A DNA stretch of 64,000 bases from Octopus sinensis. Lineage: Eukaryota. The position numbers and the translations under genes were made by a program. Where the stretch lies: assembly GCF_006345805.1 (NCBI RefSeq), contig NC_043010.1, forward strand, positions 18,166,001-18,230,000, in the 5' to 3' direction. This document shows, piece by piece, positions 1 through 13,699 of the stretch (its first letter is position 1; each line of letters opens with the position of its first letter). Below the pieces are notes generated by a model, which did not search any database, was not told the origin of the DNA, and saw nothing but the letters and a program-made list of their open reading frames with translations.

Positions 1-255
1 TCTGTCCTTGTTTGTCCCCTCTATGTTTAGCCCCTTGTGGGTAATAGAGAAATAGGTATTTTGTCTGCTGCTACATTCTGAGTTCAAATTCCGCTGAGGT
101 TGACTTTGTCTTTCATCCTTTTGGGATCAATTAAATAAGTACCAGTTACGCACTGGGGTTGATGTAATCAACTTAGTCCCTTTGTCTGTCCTTGTATGTC
201 CCCTCTAGGTTTAGCCCCTTGTGGGCAATAAAGAATGAAATATTTCTGATTCCAT

Positions 256-310
<55 letters not shown>

Positions 311-1659
311 GCTGCTGCTACTACTACAAGCAAACAAGAGAACCTCAATGTAGTTATTTCAGCCACTAGAAATAACAGTTGCTTCTCCTTCATATCTCAT
401 TACTGTGCTAATAAAGGGACACATTGGACAGTGCAAAGGGATAAATAAAAGACAAGATGGTCACGGTTGGAACACCTTCAGAACAGCATGTAGTACATTG
501 CTATACTGAAATATTACAGTGTATGTTGTAGTGTAGCACCTCATTATACTATATCACTGACACTCCACCATGGGCACTCTGTTCTCTCAGAAAGACACGA
601 ATGTTTTCCTGGGTAATCTGTATATTAAGGTGGCCAGCAGTGGAAATATTTGATCTCAGACCCAGGTCAGTCCTGACTGACCTCAGGTCTAAATAATAAC
701 ATTTGCACTGCATAACCTTCAAATTATGGCTACATGTCTCTGAGTATGTATGTGTGTATGTGTACATGTGTAATACAGACACACACACACACATTATGAA
801 CCTGTTTCCACGACCACCACCACCACCACCCTATCATTCCACTATCATTATGAACACCCTACTTCCACCCCACCACTAGCTCCTGACCATGTTTCCTCTC
901 ACTGACCACACTGTTTATTTTTGGCCTCTGAATGGATAGACTAATATGCTCTCTGACCTTGTGTGTGTGTGTGTGTGTGTGTGTGTGTCTTATACAATTA
1001 ATTGATTGGTTCCTGCTGTCTTGTCTCTCTCTCTCTCCCTCACTCTTACCTTCACCACCCCTACCAGTGTCACCCACCTGCCTCAGATATCCCTTTACTT
1101 TGCACTCAGTGTACACATACCTCTACTTCCCCACCAACGCAACCATGGCCATATTCAGGCCGTCTATCTGGTCAAATGGTCAGTTGTTAGAAATCCACAA
1201 ATAGACACTGAAACTTACTCTGTCCTAAGCTTCCTCCACTGTCCCAAGAAGAAAAGAAGTTGTGATGGGGCTCAGAGTTATGGCGATGAAGGAGATAGAG
1301 ATGGAACCAAAGCTGTGAGTCCCAATTCAATTGCTAGCGTTCTCTCTGGGGTACATGAACATTAATTCTATAGTTTATATTTTTAGCTAATGGGGGGGGG
1401 GGTGCAGTGGTGCCTGTTGTGATTGGTATCTCCATCAAGGGGAGGGGTTCTCTCTCTACTAAATGCAGCAGATTCTTGTGAGGTGGCATAGAATAACAGT
1501 TGGTTTGGGAGCTTTGAGCTGAGACACTGACATAAATACACACTTGTACCCCCATCTAACACACACATACACGTCTGTATGATGGGAATTTCTCATTACC
1601 TTCAAATAAGATGTGTGTCATGAAGAGATCTCTGTACATGATGCAAATCTAAATCTAAG

Positions 1660-2225
1660 CTAGAACATATCATTCCATGGTGGTTGGCTCCTCGTCTGAG
1701 GTGTCACATTCTGTGGCACCTCCAGCAGCAACTTGGTGTGTTGTTCAGCCAGCAGCCGAAGCTCTGCTGTTCATCAGGCTGAGAAGGGCAAAATATCTGT
1801 TTTTTTATTACCCACAAGGGGCTAAACATAGAGGGGATAAACAAGGACAGACAAATGGATTAAGTTGATTACAGCAACCCCAGTGCGTAACTGGTACTTA
1901 TTTAATCAACCCTGAAAGGATGAAAGGCAAAGTCGACCTCGGTGGAATTTGAACTCAGAACGTAGCGGCAGACGAAATACTGCTAAGCATTTCGCCATGC
2001 ATGCTAACGTTTCTGCCAGCTCGCAAAATATCAGCTGATCTCTGACAGGTTTGTGGTCAAGCCTGTGGCAGTGGAGATCTCCAGCATTCTTTGTCCCTAG
2101 ACTACATCCCTGCTCACCACTATCAGGGTTTTAGATAGCTATCCTAAGTGCTAGCCCTGTGAGTTAGAGCGACTTTTCCAGCGCACCTCCCTTGCCATCC
2201 TCCAGAACAACCTCTTTTCCATTTT
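1660..2225 (+). pseudogene. Decayed CRE-like non-LTR retrotransposon C-terminus (restriction-like endonuclease), split by a SINE
   Basis: IIPW..G.LLV*GVT...SA..SAVHQAEKGK, then after the SINE KPVAVEIS...RLFQRTSLAILQNN, matching the recalled CRE consensus (IPW..G..LVWD.T; P.AVET.G; FQR.S.AIQRGN). Confidence 0.55.
1797..2024 (-). mobile_element. tRNA-related SINE, family A
   Basis: Reverse complement of the 2317-2555 copy. Confidence 0.85.
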
Positions 2226-2316
2226 GTCTGTTGGGATCATGAGGTAGACGGACAAGGCTTTCTGGATATTTCTTTGCTATGAAGAAGAGGAAAGATGTGA
2301 TGATTTAGGCAGGGCC

Positions 2317-2555
2317 TAAATTAAGGCAGCAAGCTGGCAGAAACGTTAGCACGCCAGGCGAAATGCGTAGCCGTATTTTGTCTGCCATTATGTTCTGAGT
2401 TCAAATTCTGCCAAGGTCGACTTTGCCTTTCATCCTTTCGGGGTCAATAAATTAAGTACCAGTTTACGCACTGGGATCGATGTAATCGACTTAATCCCTT
2501 TGTCTGTCCTTGTTGTCCCCTCTGTGTTTAGCTCCTTGTGGGCAGTAAAGAAATA
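2317..2555 (+). mobile_element. tRNA-related SINE, family A, with 15-bp TSD
   Basis: B-box-like GTTCAAATTC. TSD GATTTAGGCAGGGCC at 2302-2316 and 2556-2570. Other copies near 50-235, 10860-11080, 27040-27270, 48145-48375, 48740-48850, 59970-60190, 60700-60945 and 61210-61480. Confidence 0.9.
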
Positions 2556-3872
2556 GATTTAGGCAGGGCCCTTCATCAAATTTAGAAAACTATTGCTAAA
2601 ATATTGTCTGTAGATAAAAGCTATTTGCAGTCCAAAAACAAAAGAGAAAGAATTACAAGAGTTTGAATGTGATGCCAAGGTAGACTGATCCAAAATTGAA
2701 CCATATCAGTGTTGTTACATTTGGATGACTGTTCTTTTCTCACACTAAAAATGGAATGTGGAGTGAGGTGGAATGGTTCTTTTTTTTTTTGTCTCTCTTG
2801 AACAAGGGATGCAACACAATATTTATTGTAGGATTTGAACTCATGAGCATGCTGAGACTAATCCAGCACTTTAACCTAACAGTCATCATTGTGTTTCCCA
2901 TTTTTAAATTTCTAACTTGTAAACATCTGTGATACAACTGTACTCATAAGGGGGCGAGAGTAGTAGCAGTATTTAATGTAGGTGGGAGTTGTTTAGCCCC
3001 AGGACTGCTCTGATTTAACAGACTTGTGATCAAAAGCATTCCAGCCATGACCAGTCCATATTTTTCCTGTGTGCAGCAATCCCTAGACTATATATTATGC
3101 AATGAGTTCTTTTGTAAGACAATAGGTTGTAACTGGAGCAAGATCTGGCTGCTCTTTCTAGCCAGTGTAATCACCTCATAGAAGTTTCCTGTTGGGTTCT
3201 CGGCAGCGGTGGTGGTGGTGGTGTTAGGTGATGTAATCTATTTAGGTCAATTATTGACCTATTTTTGAAAACCCAAACTGAGAATGTTTATGGAATCCTA
3301 CTTTTTTGTTTCTTTTATCTTCCCACACTTTTCCAGTGTTTTCCTTTCTTTAAATAGCTCCTCCACCACCACCAACCACCAACCACAACGACAACAACTA
3401 TAACCACAATCATCATCATCATCATCATCATCATTATCTTCATTAATGTCTTAACATCTACTTTACTATATTAAGCAAGGCTCTGCCACTTAGTCTTAGC
3501 ATTTGTTTTGTTATGTTTAAGGTTCAGCATCAACTGATCTCATTTTACCAGCACTTAGGGCTAAAAATAACAACCAAATCTCACTCCAATCTCTACTACT
3601 GTCTTACATAATGGAAGGGCGTATTAGATAATGTAGTTCTACATAAATCTTTAAAAAGAGGACTGGAATGCTTTTTAGAGGGGATCTGATGGATCAGGGC
3701 TAACACAAGGCTGAACAACAACAACAGCAACTTTAAAAAATTTTTTTCTTTTTTGAATAATTAGATTTCTGCCACTTAAAAAGGGAGATTGTGGGTTCCA
3801 GTCAGCTTTGTTCCTGTGGGGAGACAGATCCTACATTGCCAAAGGCTATCAAACATAGACACCTAGAGTTAG

Positions 3873-3933
<61 letters not shown>

Positions 3934-5004
3934 GACAAAGAACCTCTCTTACATTCTGGAGTTTATGTTTCTAAGCCATCGCCCTGGGTCACAGAAATGG
4001 TAAAGTCGGTCACCTACCACCACCTGGCCACCATACTTGGGTGTAACTACTAGATTTCAATTAGGACACTGACTTCAACCATTTCCTGTTTCAACACTTT
4101 CACCCCTTGGGGTAGCTTCTGAAGTGTCTGCTCTGTTGAGTGTGCTCAGACCAAGCCTCCATGCTGAGAATAACTTCCTTCTTTCTTCCTTTCCTTCCTT
4201 CCACCAGTTGAGGGAAAGACTGGCCATGAGCTGTTGTAGTCCAGACCTGCCTCACACTACTTTAAGATAAAAATTAAGTTGTTGTCAGTGAAGTATATCC
4301 CTTCTCAAGTTACAATTATCATGAGACTAGAAGTCATACATGTGAAAGCACCTGTCAATCTTGAACTGTTAGTTCAAGTCCCACAGAGGCCAGTAATGTT
4401 GGTTTGGTCAGCTGCAAGGCTGATCAAACACTCCCATGGTCAGAGGCATCCAACCATGACTATCCTGAACAGTTTGATGGCTGTCTAGTAGTACATTATC
4501 TGATATGCTTTATTCCTACACATAAGGTGGTAAATTAAGATTTGAGGAAGATTTGGCTGCTATTTCTAGCAGCTTGAAAAACCACGTTGAGGCTCTCTCT
4601 TGGTAATAGCAGTGTGTATATGCAATGTGTATGTTTAAATGTATGTGTTTGAGATATGTGCATTACACACACGTGCGTGTGTGCATGTGTGTATTTGTTT
4701 TTATGCTCAGTTACAATAAAAACAATTTTACCTTAATCTGGTGAGTTACTTCTATGCTTTCGGAGAGGACAAGCCTATTACTCTTACACAAGAATGTTGT
4801 TGACAGTGACTCTGGTCAGTCTGACAATAGCTTAATTGGCAGAAACTTTGAAGTTACTATCAATAATATTCTTGTTTAAGGGGATACACACATGCATACG
4901 TGCGCGAGCATGCAAATATATGTGTATAAACATGTTTTAAATTATATTTTTGTAAGCCAAAACAATGCAACTTCTAAAAACTTCAATATTACACTCTCTC
5001 TCTC

Positions 5005-5400
5005 TTATTTGTTTCAGTCATTTGACTGTGGCCATGCTGGAGCACCGCCTTTAGTCGAGCAAATCGACCCCAGGACTTATTCTTTGTAAGCCTGGCACTT
5101 ATTCTATCGGTCTCTGTTTTGCCGAATCACTAAGTTACGGGGACGTAAACACACCACCATCAGTTGTCAAGCAATGTTGGGGGGACAAACACAGACACAC
5201 AAACATATACACACACACACATATATATACATATATATACAACGGGCTTCTTTCAGTTTCTGTCTCCACTCACAAGGCTTTGGTCAGCCTGAAGCTATAG
5301 TAGAAGACACTTCCCCAAGGTGCCACGCAGTGGGACTGAACCTGGAACCATGTGGTTCGTAAGCAAGCTACTTACTACACAGCCACTCCTATGCCTATAG
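5005..5400 (-). mobile_element. tRNA-related SINE, family B (internal CA/TA microsatellite)
   Basis: On minus, the head has GGTTCAGTCCC. Related copies near 26605-26985, 31120-31290, 35035-35390, 35545-35920, 47495-47855 and 62870-63050. Confidence 0.85.
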
Positions 5401-6148
5401 CTAGGAAAACTTCTTTTAAAAAGGTTTTGTAAGATAGATAAGAACAGCTTTTCTCTGAAGATTTCTTGTTTCCTGAATTATTGAAATAACCAGGTAAAAG
5501 TACAAACCATTTACCTGTATAATTATTTGGCATTGTTTTGGCTTTAAAAAAATAATTAAAAACATATATTAGTGTTTCATGTAAACTATAGTAGTCTCTC
5601 TCTTTCTCTCACACACACACCCAGCCTGTTGTACCTGTTTTATTTACTGCGTTTCTGCTGCTTGTTACTTTTTTTTGTTTTCTCTTTATGCTTACATTTC
5701 CACCTCACACTCATGCTCTCTCCCTCTCTCTCTCTCTCTCTCTACAGGAGTCCATTTTGTTATGAACAGAAGCTTCTGTACATCAATGAATCCAACCAAA
5801 ATGATTCTGAACTACAAATACCACAGACACCCTGAACCGGCAACTTTTGGCCATGTGATAAAACTAAAAGCATAGATGCTGCCTCTGCACACCCTCGGAC
5901 ACTTTGAAAACTGGCATCAAATTATTGCTCTGCTCTATAACACAGAATTACACAGCTAACCTGCTGGTGGAGTTGCTGGTGATCTTGCTAAAGCTTGCAC
6001 AACACCAGTGTGTATTTTTGTTGTTTTGTTCTTTGACTTTCAGTTGAAGTTTTTATTTATTTATTATTAATATTATTTTTACATTTAAAAAAAAAAACAA
6101 CCCTTTTTGTCATAATTGTTTATTTTTTTTTGGAAAAGTGTTTAGAAA

Positions 6149-7615
6149 ATGCAGCCTAGTCCAGCTGCACCAAAGAAGCGCAAACGGGTGCACTCGTGTT
6201 CGATATGCGGTGGGTCGTATAGCACGCCATCGCAGCTGCAGCGTCACTCGAGAGTGCATAGCGGAGAAAGACCTTATGTATGTAACCTGTGCGGCCGTCG
6301 CTTTACACGCTCAGATCATGTAAAGCAACATCTCAAGATACACTCGCCACATCGGCAGAAGAACATGTGCCGTATTTGCGGGTCACAGTTCTACAAGTCA
6401 CAGATACTCGGCAGTCACTTACGACGCCACGACGTCTACCAGATCCACTTGTGCCACCAGTGCGGCGAAGGTTTCCAGGAAGCCGAGGAACTTGAGAAAC
6501 ACGAACGGCTCCATAACATCAAGACGGACATAAGATCGAGTGGGGAGGGAGCTGACGGAGTACCAAGTACCAGTACGGAGACGAGTACGACTGAAGGTGA
6601 AGGAAAATGGCTTGGTTGTGCTCGTTTCTGTCTCGCTCAGATACCGTCGATTGGCAACAAGATCGTGCAGCCATCTGATAGGAAAACTGACACCAGCAAC
6701 AATGCTGTTGGTGGTGACCAGGACAGCAACAACAGCAACAATGCCTCAGCTGATATCAATGATAATAACAACACCACCACTGTTATCATGGCTGCCAATC
6801 TCCAAGACCAGTCGTTCGACGCCGATCTCTCGACTTCCAAGCCCAGCTCGAATGAGGATAATGAACCGCTGCAAATAGCCGTATCTCCTGGCTACTCTCT
6901 CGTAGGCCCCGCAGCAGACGTCGGAGACGAGAGCACCATAACTGCCAGCGATGCCCTGCCCAGCAGCTCCAATGCTGCCTTCTACATGGTGACAGGGAAG
7001 TCTGGTAGCAACAGCACTGACACCGAGGGTGCGCTGTCAAAATCTACAACAGTAGATGGCAATTCCAATAGAAGTGCCCTGCGCAAAGCCAGCAGGCCAC
7101 AGAAGGCTGTTATAAAACGTGAACCAGTTGTCAGCAGTGGTACAAAGACTGCACCAAGGTGTACAATAAGCCTTTTGGCTACCAACAAAAGCAGTGTGAC
7201 ACGTGCCGAAGTGTGCACCCGTCGCATGATCTCATCAAACAAGACAACAGGCATCTCAAACTCAGTTGTGCTGACTGCAGTCAACAGCCATAGCAACAAC
7301 AACAGCAACAATAACAACAACACCAACAACAGCAACAACAACAGTAACAGCAACAACAACAACAACAGCAACAACAACAGCAACAATCCTTCGTCATTGA
7401 CTTTACCGCCATACTTATTGAATGGCAAGAGACTGGGACGCTGTGAATACTGCGGAATCTGGTTTGAGGACTATGCTATGTGCATGTTGCACAACAGCCT
7501 GCATTCCGCAGATGATGCTGATCCATTCACTTGCAGAAAATGCCTGAAGAAACTCGGCAACCGGCTGGAGTTTATGGCGCATCTGGTCTGGCATTTAGAC
7601 CCAGAGTTACCATAG
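6149..7615 (+). CDS. C2H2 zinc-finger transcription factor, 488 aa: 4 N-terminal fingers, long S/T/N-rich linker, 2 C-terminal Ikaros/Hunchback-type fingers
   Basis: Open ORF with basic NLS-like PKKRKR. Fingers CSIC..HSRVH, CNLC..HLKIH, CRIC..HLRRH, CHQC..HERLH, with an SGERPY linker. C-terminal CEYC..HNSLH-SADDADPF-TCRKC..HLVWH. A possible acceptor tttag at 6141-6145 lies just before the ATG, so upstream exons are possible. Confidence 0.92.
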   Translation: MQPSPAAPKKRKRVHSCSICGGSYSTPSQLQRHSRVHSGERPYVCNLCGRRFTRSDHVKQHLKIHSPHRQKNMCRICGSQFYKSQILGSHLRRHDVYQIHLCHQCGEGFQEAEELEKHERLHNIKTDIRSSGEGADGVPSTSTETSTTEGEGKWLGCARFCLAQIPSIGNKIVQPSDRKTDTSNNAVGGDQDSNNSNNASADINDNNNTTTVIMAANLQDQSFDADLSTSKPSSNEDNEPLQIAVSPGYSLVGPAADVGDESTITASDALPSSSNAAFYMVTGKSGSNSTDTEGALSKSTTVDGNSNRSALRKASRPQKAVIKREPVVSSGTKTAPRCTISLLATNKSSVTRAEVCTRRMISSNKTTGISNSVVLTAVNSHSNNNSNNNNNTNNSNNNSNSNNNNNSNNNSNNPSSLTLPPYLLNGKRLGRCEYCGIWFEDYAMCMLHNSLHSADDADPFTCRKCLKKLGNRLEFMAHLVWHLDPELP

Positions 7616-10168
7616 AAATAAAAGCAGGCAGGCAAAGAAGCAAATTACTTTTGTGGAGACAAACGCTTACAGCATCTGTTGGTGTAGAGATGAGAAAAGA
7701 TACAAGAATTAAAAGAAAAAAAGAATAATCAAAGAAATTTGAAAAAAAATATACAGAAATTAAAAAAAAAAAATCAAAGAAGGAAACACACATTCACACA
7801 TACACCAAGTAATAACATCGACTAATTAAGAAAACAGCAGGAAAATTAAATAAAAAGAGGAATTCCAATAATGATGGTGGGGGCTGTTTTTAATCCCTGC
7901 CCCTCCCCCCAGCTGAGACAAATATTTGAAGCAAAAAACAAAAAAAAAAACTGAATGAAGACAATCAAATCAGCTCTGTGTGTAGTAAGGATGTACGAAA
8001 GCTCCTCTTTTTTGGTGCAAAATGGCAAAGTGCAGCAGGATCTGTCAAAGCAGCAATCGTTTGCCAAAGTTCTGACAAGCTCTCTTGTTCTGTGCATATT
8101 TTGTTACAACATGTCTGCATGCATGCTCACAGGCATGCATACACACACACACACACACTGCTCTTCACAGACCAGCTCCATTTCTACTAAACACACACAC
8201 ACAAACACACACACACACACACACAAAGCACACAAGCACATTCATACCACAAAGTTATATTTAAATGCACACATTAAAAAAAATACATATATGTGTACAC
8301 ACACATGCACATGGACACATGCACACATACACATGCACACATACTCATGCATATACACACACACACACATGCAAATACACGTATACACATACATTATATT
8401 ATTGGTTAATTGTTAATTGATGTTACATCCTTGTTAAACTAACGAGGTTTAACCAGCTTTAGATGAAATAGTTGAGGTCAGCAAGATGTTGGAGAAGGTC
8501 TGAGAGGAGCGGTAGGAGGACTGGGAGTAGGGCAGGGGGATAATCACACTACCACCGCCATCACCAACAACATCATCTCATGATGATGAGGGTGGTGGTG
8601 GCAGTGGTAATGGCACTGGTGGTGGTGGTATGACAGTGGTAATGTATAATACCAGTCAAATATTGGGGTCTGTACTGTTGACCACACACCTCCTGGGGTC
8701 TACAAATCAAGGTGAGCAATGCTTATTATTAATATTATTTTTGGAAATAGGGCATTGATGTTTGTGGAGTAAGGAGATGCTGGTTGTAACAGATGGGAAC
8801 TCCTTTGGTCACTAAAAGAAAAATCTAAATACCAGTGATACACCACTTCACACTGGGGTTAAGGGGGGAGCATGGTATTGGTTTTCTTCTTTTCTTATCT
8901 GACAATTACATCATCATCATCATCATCATCTTTTGTTATCTTCAGTGGTGCATTTCCTTCTCCATCCTTTCTTTTGTACATCTTAACACACACACACACC
9001 TATAAGTGTGTGCTCTTGTATCTATGTGAGAAATTATTATTATTATTATTATTATTATTATTGTTATTATCACTATTGTTGTTGTTGTTGTTAAGGGCAG
9101 TAGAATGCTTCATTGAATCTAGTAATTCACTGTTCTGGGTTAGAAACCTTTGATACAATTGCTAAATAAAGGGCAAGTGATAGACTGGGGTTACGTTTGC
9201 TTGTGCACACCCACTGTTCTTTAGAAACAATGGCTCCTGTGTTCGTTTTTTGTTTTAGATGTCAAACCACTGGAAAAGGTCCTCATTCCAGACAATTTTT
9301 ATTGCTTATAGGGCATCATCACCGAGAGAAGTCCAACGGTCCATGTTTTCATTGTGGTACTGTGTACTGTTATGAAGTCAAAACATTTCATTTGTCAGTA
9401 AATGAATCCATCACATCATCAACTGACTCATTCATTAGCTGAGTTCAAGTTGTCGTGTGCACCTAGTGACAAACCCCACTGTAGACTAAGTGGGAGTAAA
9501 ACTTCACCCACAAGAGATCATGAGATTAGCCAATCTCTTTGTCATTCCCCACACCATCAATGGTTTTAAGCCTTTCACAAGCAAGTTGAAAATGTTTGTG
9601 TGTGTAAAAATATATGAATCTATACACACTATAACTTATACACCCTGATATTGCCATTCTTGTTAAAAGTATGGACTGTTTTTCATCCCTGATTCTATGA
9701 GACCACCCCTTCCTACATCCCTACATGCAGAACCCTCTACTTGGCAACTCAATCCTATCACACTGTATGTGGATGATGGAATTGAGAGCCTGGAAATAGC
9801 ATGGTTAAAGATGGAATATCTTTGATGTGGTCCAACATGGAGTTAAGCAATAATTACCACTAAATATTAATGAAGTAAGAATGTGGACCTATTGTCAGCC
9901 AAGCAGACTGGCATTAACCTTATCACAAAGCTTCATAATTACTGCATAATGACTGCAATAGCTAAATATTAAACTCAGAGTGTCTCTTGCTATTTCATTA
10001 TGGAATGGGAGGGGAACTGGTCTGTCAGTTCCCCATGCCAAGACATGTTCTCTGGCAAGGGGTCAAGGGACAAGGACTGCAAGAAAAGCAGTTTGGTTCT
10101 CCATAAATCAGACAAGTAGTATTACTGTTCCATCTTACAGGCTATTTGTACTTTCAGTGGCATATATA

Positions 10169-10202
<34 letters not shown>

Positions 10203-12948
10203 ATACCAGTAAAAGATGCCAGACTCTGTCCTTGTTTCCAAGGAATATATCGCATTCTGCCACTTCAGACATATGTCCAAGCTCCCTGTTGCTGTTTTTG
10301 AGGGGTTTTCTTTCCTTGCAGCTGAAATTTTTACCAACATTGGCTTCTTCACCTATTTAGGCTTGCTTATATGGCAATCCATTCCACAGTTTTCTGTATA
10401 TATTTGTTTTGGGGCTTGTTATTGTTGTTGTTTTTTGTTTAGTTATTGCACAATGAAGGTTGAATGTAGGTGGCTGGTGGTGTGTGTCATTGTATAATCC
10501 ACCCTTCTAATTGAGCTGTAAAATCTTTGGGCAGGTACAACAGGTGAGGAAATAGGCTCAGGTAGCATCATCATTCAGCCTACCACTTGTATTGAATGAC
10601 CCCTCTTTAGCGGGGAGCTTGTCACATTTATTCTTTCTGATCTAAGCACAAGGTTTGCAATTTTTAAAGGAAGGGGTCTGTCAGTTATGCTCACCCCAGT
10701 ATTCAGCTGGTACTTCATTTTATCCAATCAGAGTTCAATTCTGCAGGATTTTAACTCGGAACAAAAGAATCAGAAGAAATACCACTAAACATATTTCCAC
10801 CACTCCAGCACTTCGACCAGTTTGCAGCCTTACTGATAATAATGATGATGATGATGATAATAATAATAATAATCCTTTCTAATATAGGGCACAAGATCTG
10901 AAATTTTGTGGCAGAGAATTGATTACATCAAGCCAAGTCCTTGACTGGGACTTCATTTCATTGAGCCTGAAAGAATGAAAGGCAAAGTTGACCTTGGCGG
11001 AATTTGAACTTTGAACTTAAAGATGCACAAAATGCTGCTAAGCATTTTGCCTGGCATGCTAACCATTCTGCCAACTCACTGCCCTAATAATAATAATGAT
11101 AATGATGATGATGATAATGATGCTGATAATGATGATGATGATGATGATGCTGATAGTAATCACTACTTTAATTACCCTGAGGGTACAAATGAAAACATTA
11201 CAAAGCATAATATATTTGGTGGCCGTAATGAAATATTGCTGAAGATGTGTGTTTGTTGTAAAATAAGAGCTGTAAGAGTTGTATGTAGTGGTTCAATCCT
11301 CATCTGATGCAGAACTTAATGTGTTGAGAGTGGAATAGGATGTGTTTATTTCATCATCATCATCACCATTTAACCTCCACGTTCCAGACTGGCATAAGAC
11401 GGACAGTTGAAGAGGGTCCAAGCCAGAGAACTGCATCAAGCTCCAATGTTTCTCTTGGCAGGGTTTCCACAGCTGGATGACATTTTCTGATGCTGGGCCC
11501 CTTTACAGAGCATAACGAATGCTTTAGTCGTGGCACCAGCACTAACGAGGTCAGCAAGTAACTCACAAGACAAGACCCCTAAACTGAGCAGGGAGTAGTA
11601 GTGAGAGAGGTGGCTAGATTACGCTAGGTGATGAGCAGGATAGAGGGATAAGAACAGGGGTCTTGCTGTGAAGGGGATACATGGCTATGCCAGTGGGAAA
11701 AGAGATGAAGATGGTGGGAACGAGATGTCAGGATACATCTTCAAGTTACAAGAAGGTGAAGGAGAGAATAAGGACTGGGGATGCGAGTGACAAACAGACA
11801 GAGATGGAGAGAGAGTGAGATGAATGAAGTGAATAGTGGTCAGCAGTGGATGCATGATGGTCAGTGGTGAATATCGGTGTGGAGGAGGAAGTGATAAGTG
11901 GCAGTAAATAATGTAGATAGATGAGAAATAGGGAGATGGTGTCAAGTGTGTAGTAAAGAGAGAGGGATGCACAGTGACAGAGATGGAGGTCAGAAGTATG
12001 TAGGGATGGATATTGTAATGAACAAGGCTGGTGGTAGTGGTGGGTGTCATTGGAAGATAGTAGAGGGTGTTAAGGATGAGGTATGGCAGTTCTAAAATGT
12101 AGCTGAGGGGGAAAAGAAAGGAAATTTAGTGGAAAATAAGTTTGGAAGGAAGGAAGGGGGAAATGATATTGAAAATGAGGGAGGGGTAAATAGAGGGAGT
12201 AGTTCCAAAGAGAGGGATAACTGGGAGCATTAAAAGGGAGATGAAATGTATGTAGTTCTGCTCTCATATAATTACAACAGCTGAGTAAATAGGTTTTGGT
12301 GGGATGGTTGTTAGCAAGAAGATTAATTGTGGAGAAGGCTTGACACTGGCTGGGTGCAGGGGCATAGACATAAACTATATGGTTTTAAGGACCTCAGTTT
12401 TGGTTCTCCAAACTCCCACCTCTTCCACATTTAATTGTATTTAAGACTCTCTCTCTCATCTTTATCCTATGTCTGTGTGTCATTGATGACCAAATTTTTT
12501 ACACTGATGAAGCTATGACCTCCCACTCTACACCACCAACTCGCAATTAGCCATTAACTGTTTGCTAATGAATGTTAACTATGTGTGTTGTGATATGCAA
12601 ATGAACTTGGATAATTTGCATTCCATATTATGCTAATACACATGCACACACTCCTGTACACAAATAGGCAATGTTATACATGCCCATTATTGTTTATACA
12701 CTTTCTACACACAGATATACAATCTTGTACACACAGATATACAATCTTGTACACATTCAGGTGTGTGCACACACATGCATTTTGGGGGTGGACAACAAGG
12801 TTCAATGGGGGTGGAGTGGGGTGGGGGTTATTTTAAAATCTGTCTAAAAGTATTTAGGGGTGAAGGAAGAGGATTTTCATTCTAGGAAAGTTAGTCTTCC
12901 CTTCATTCTTTTACTGTTTTGTATACTTAAAGGATCAGACAGACTGTG

Positions 12949-13008
<60 letters not shown>

Positions 13009-13699
13009 GTATGTTTATGTTTATATAACCACTCAGTTCTGGGCACACACTTGTAGCAGAAACAGCTATAAGCTAATGAATGTGATTCCCTAACTCTTGT
13101 TCTTTTATCATTCATTAATTGATGTGTGATTTTACAACAATTCTGATGGTTGTATGTTAGTTGTGATGTTAAAGTTTTTAATCATTGCATTAGTGTGATG
13201 CTATCACACATTTTAACACACAGATGTGTGTGTATAACTGTGTGCATACAATAAGCATCCAAGAGAAATTTGCAAGTTGGAATAAAGTTGCTGTTGGGCC
13301 CAGCATTGGAAGGAGTGGGGACCCCTCTCCTCTGTAAATTCACTAAAACATCTTCTTGGCTTTCTGGGTCCCAGACTGGTATATAGGCTGAATCCCACAC
13401 CCATCATAGGCTCTGTACACACAAGCTACATCTCTCCCTTCCCCCCTCTCTCTCTCTCCTATGATAACACATATGATAAATAACAAACACTCCTTTATGC
13501 TATCTACTTATCAGTGAGTTGTCCATAAGTCAGAATAAACTACATTTTCAGTGTGAGTAACAGGGCATTTTTATATTTCATTGGGTCATATATTACTGGT
13601 TATGGTATAAACTAGCTCTGAATGTTACTGTCAGTTTCATGCTAATGCGCTGAGGCAATAATGACAACTCTTTAGCCATGCTAGCCAGAAACACTGCAT

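Noticed and set aside
2323-2410. tRNA-like heads with B-box motifs
   Set aside because: They are SINE heads, lack a complete cloverleaf and are multi-copy; not called as tRNA genes.
5748-5990. Strong acceptor ctctctacag suggesting a coding exon of the zinc-finger gene
   Set aside because: All three frames stop early; at most 5' UTR.
6982-7428. Minus-strand poly-Leu ORF
   Set aside because: It is the antisense shadow of the AAC repeat in the zinc-finger CDS.
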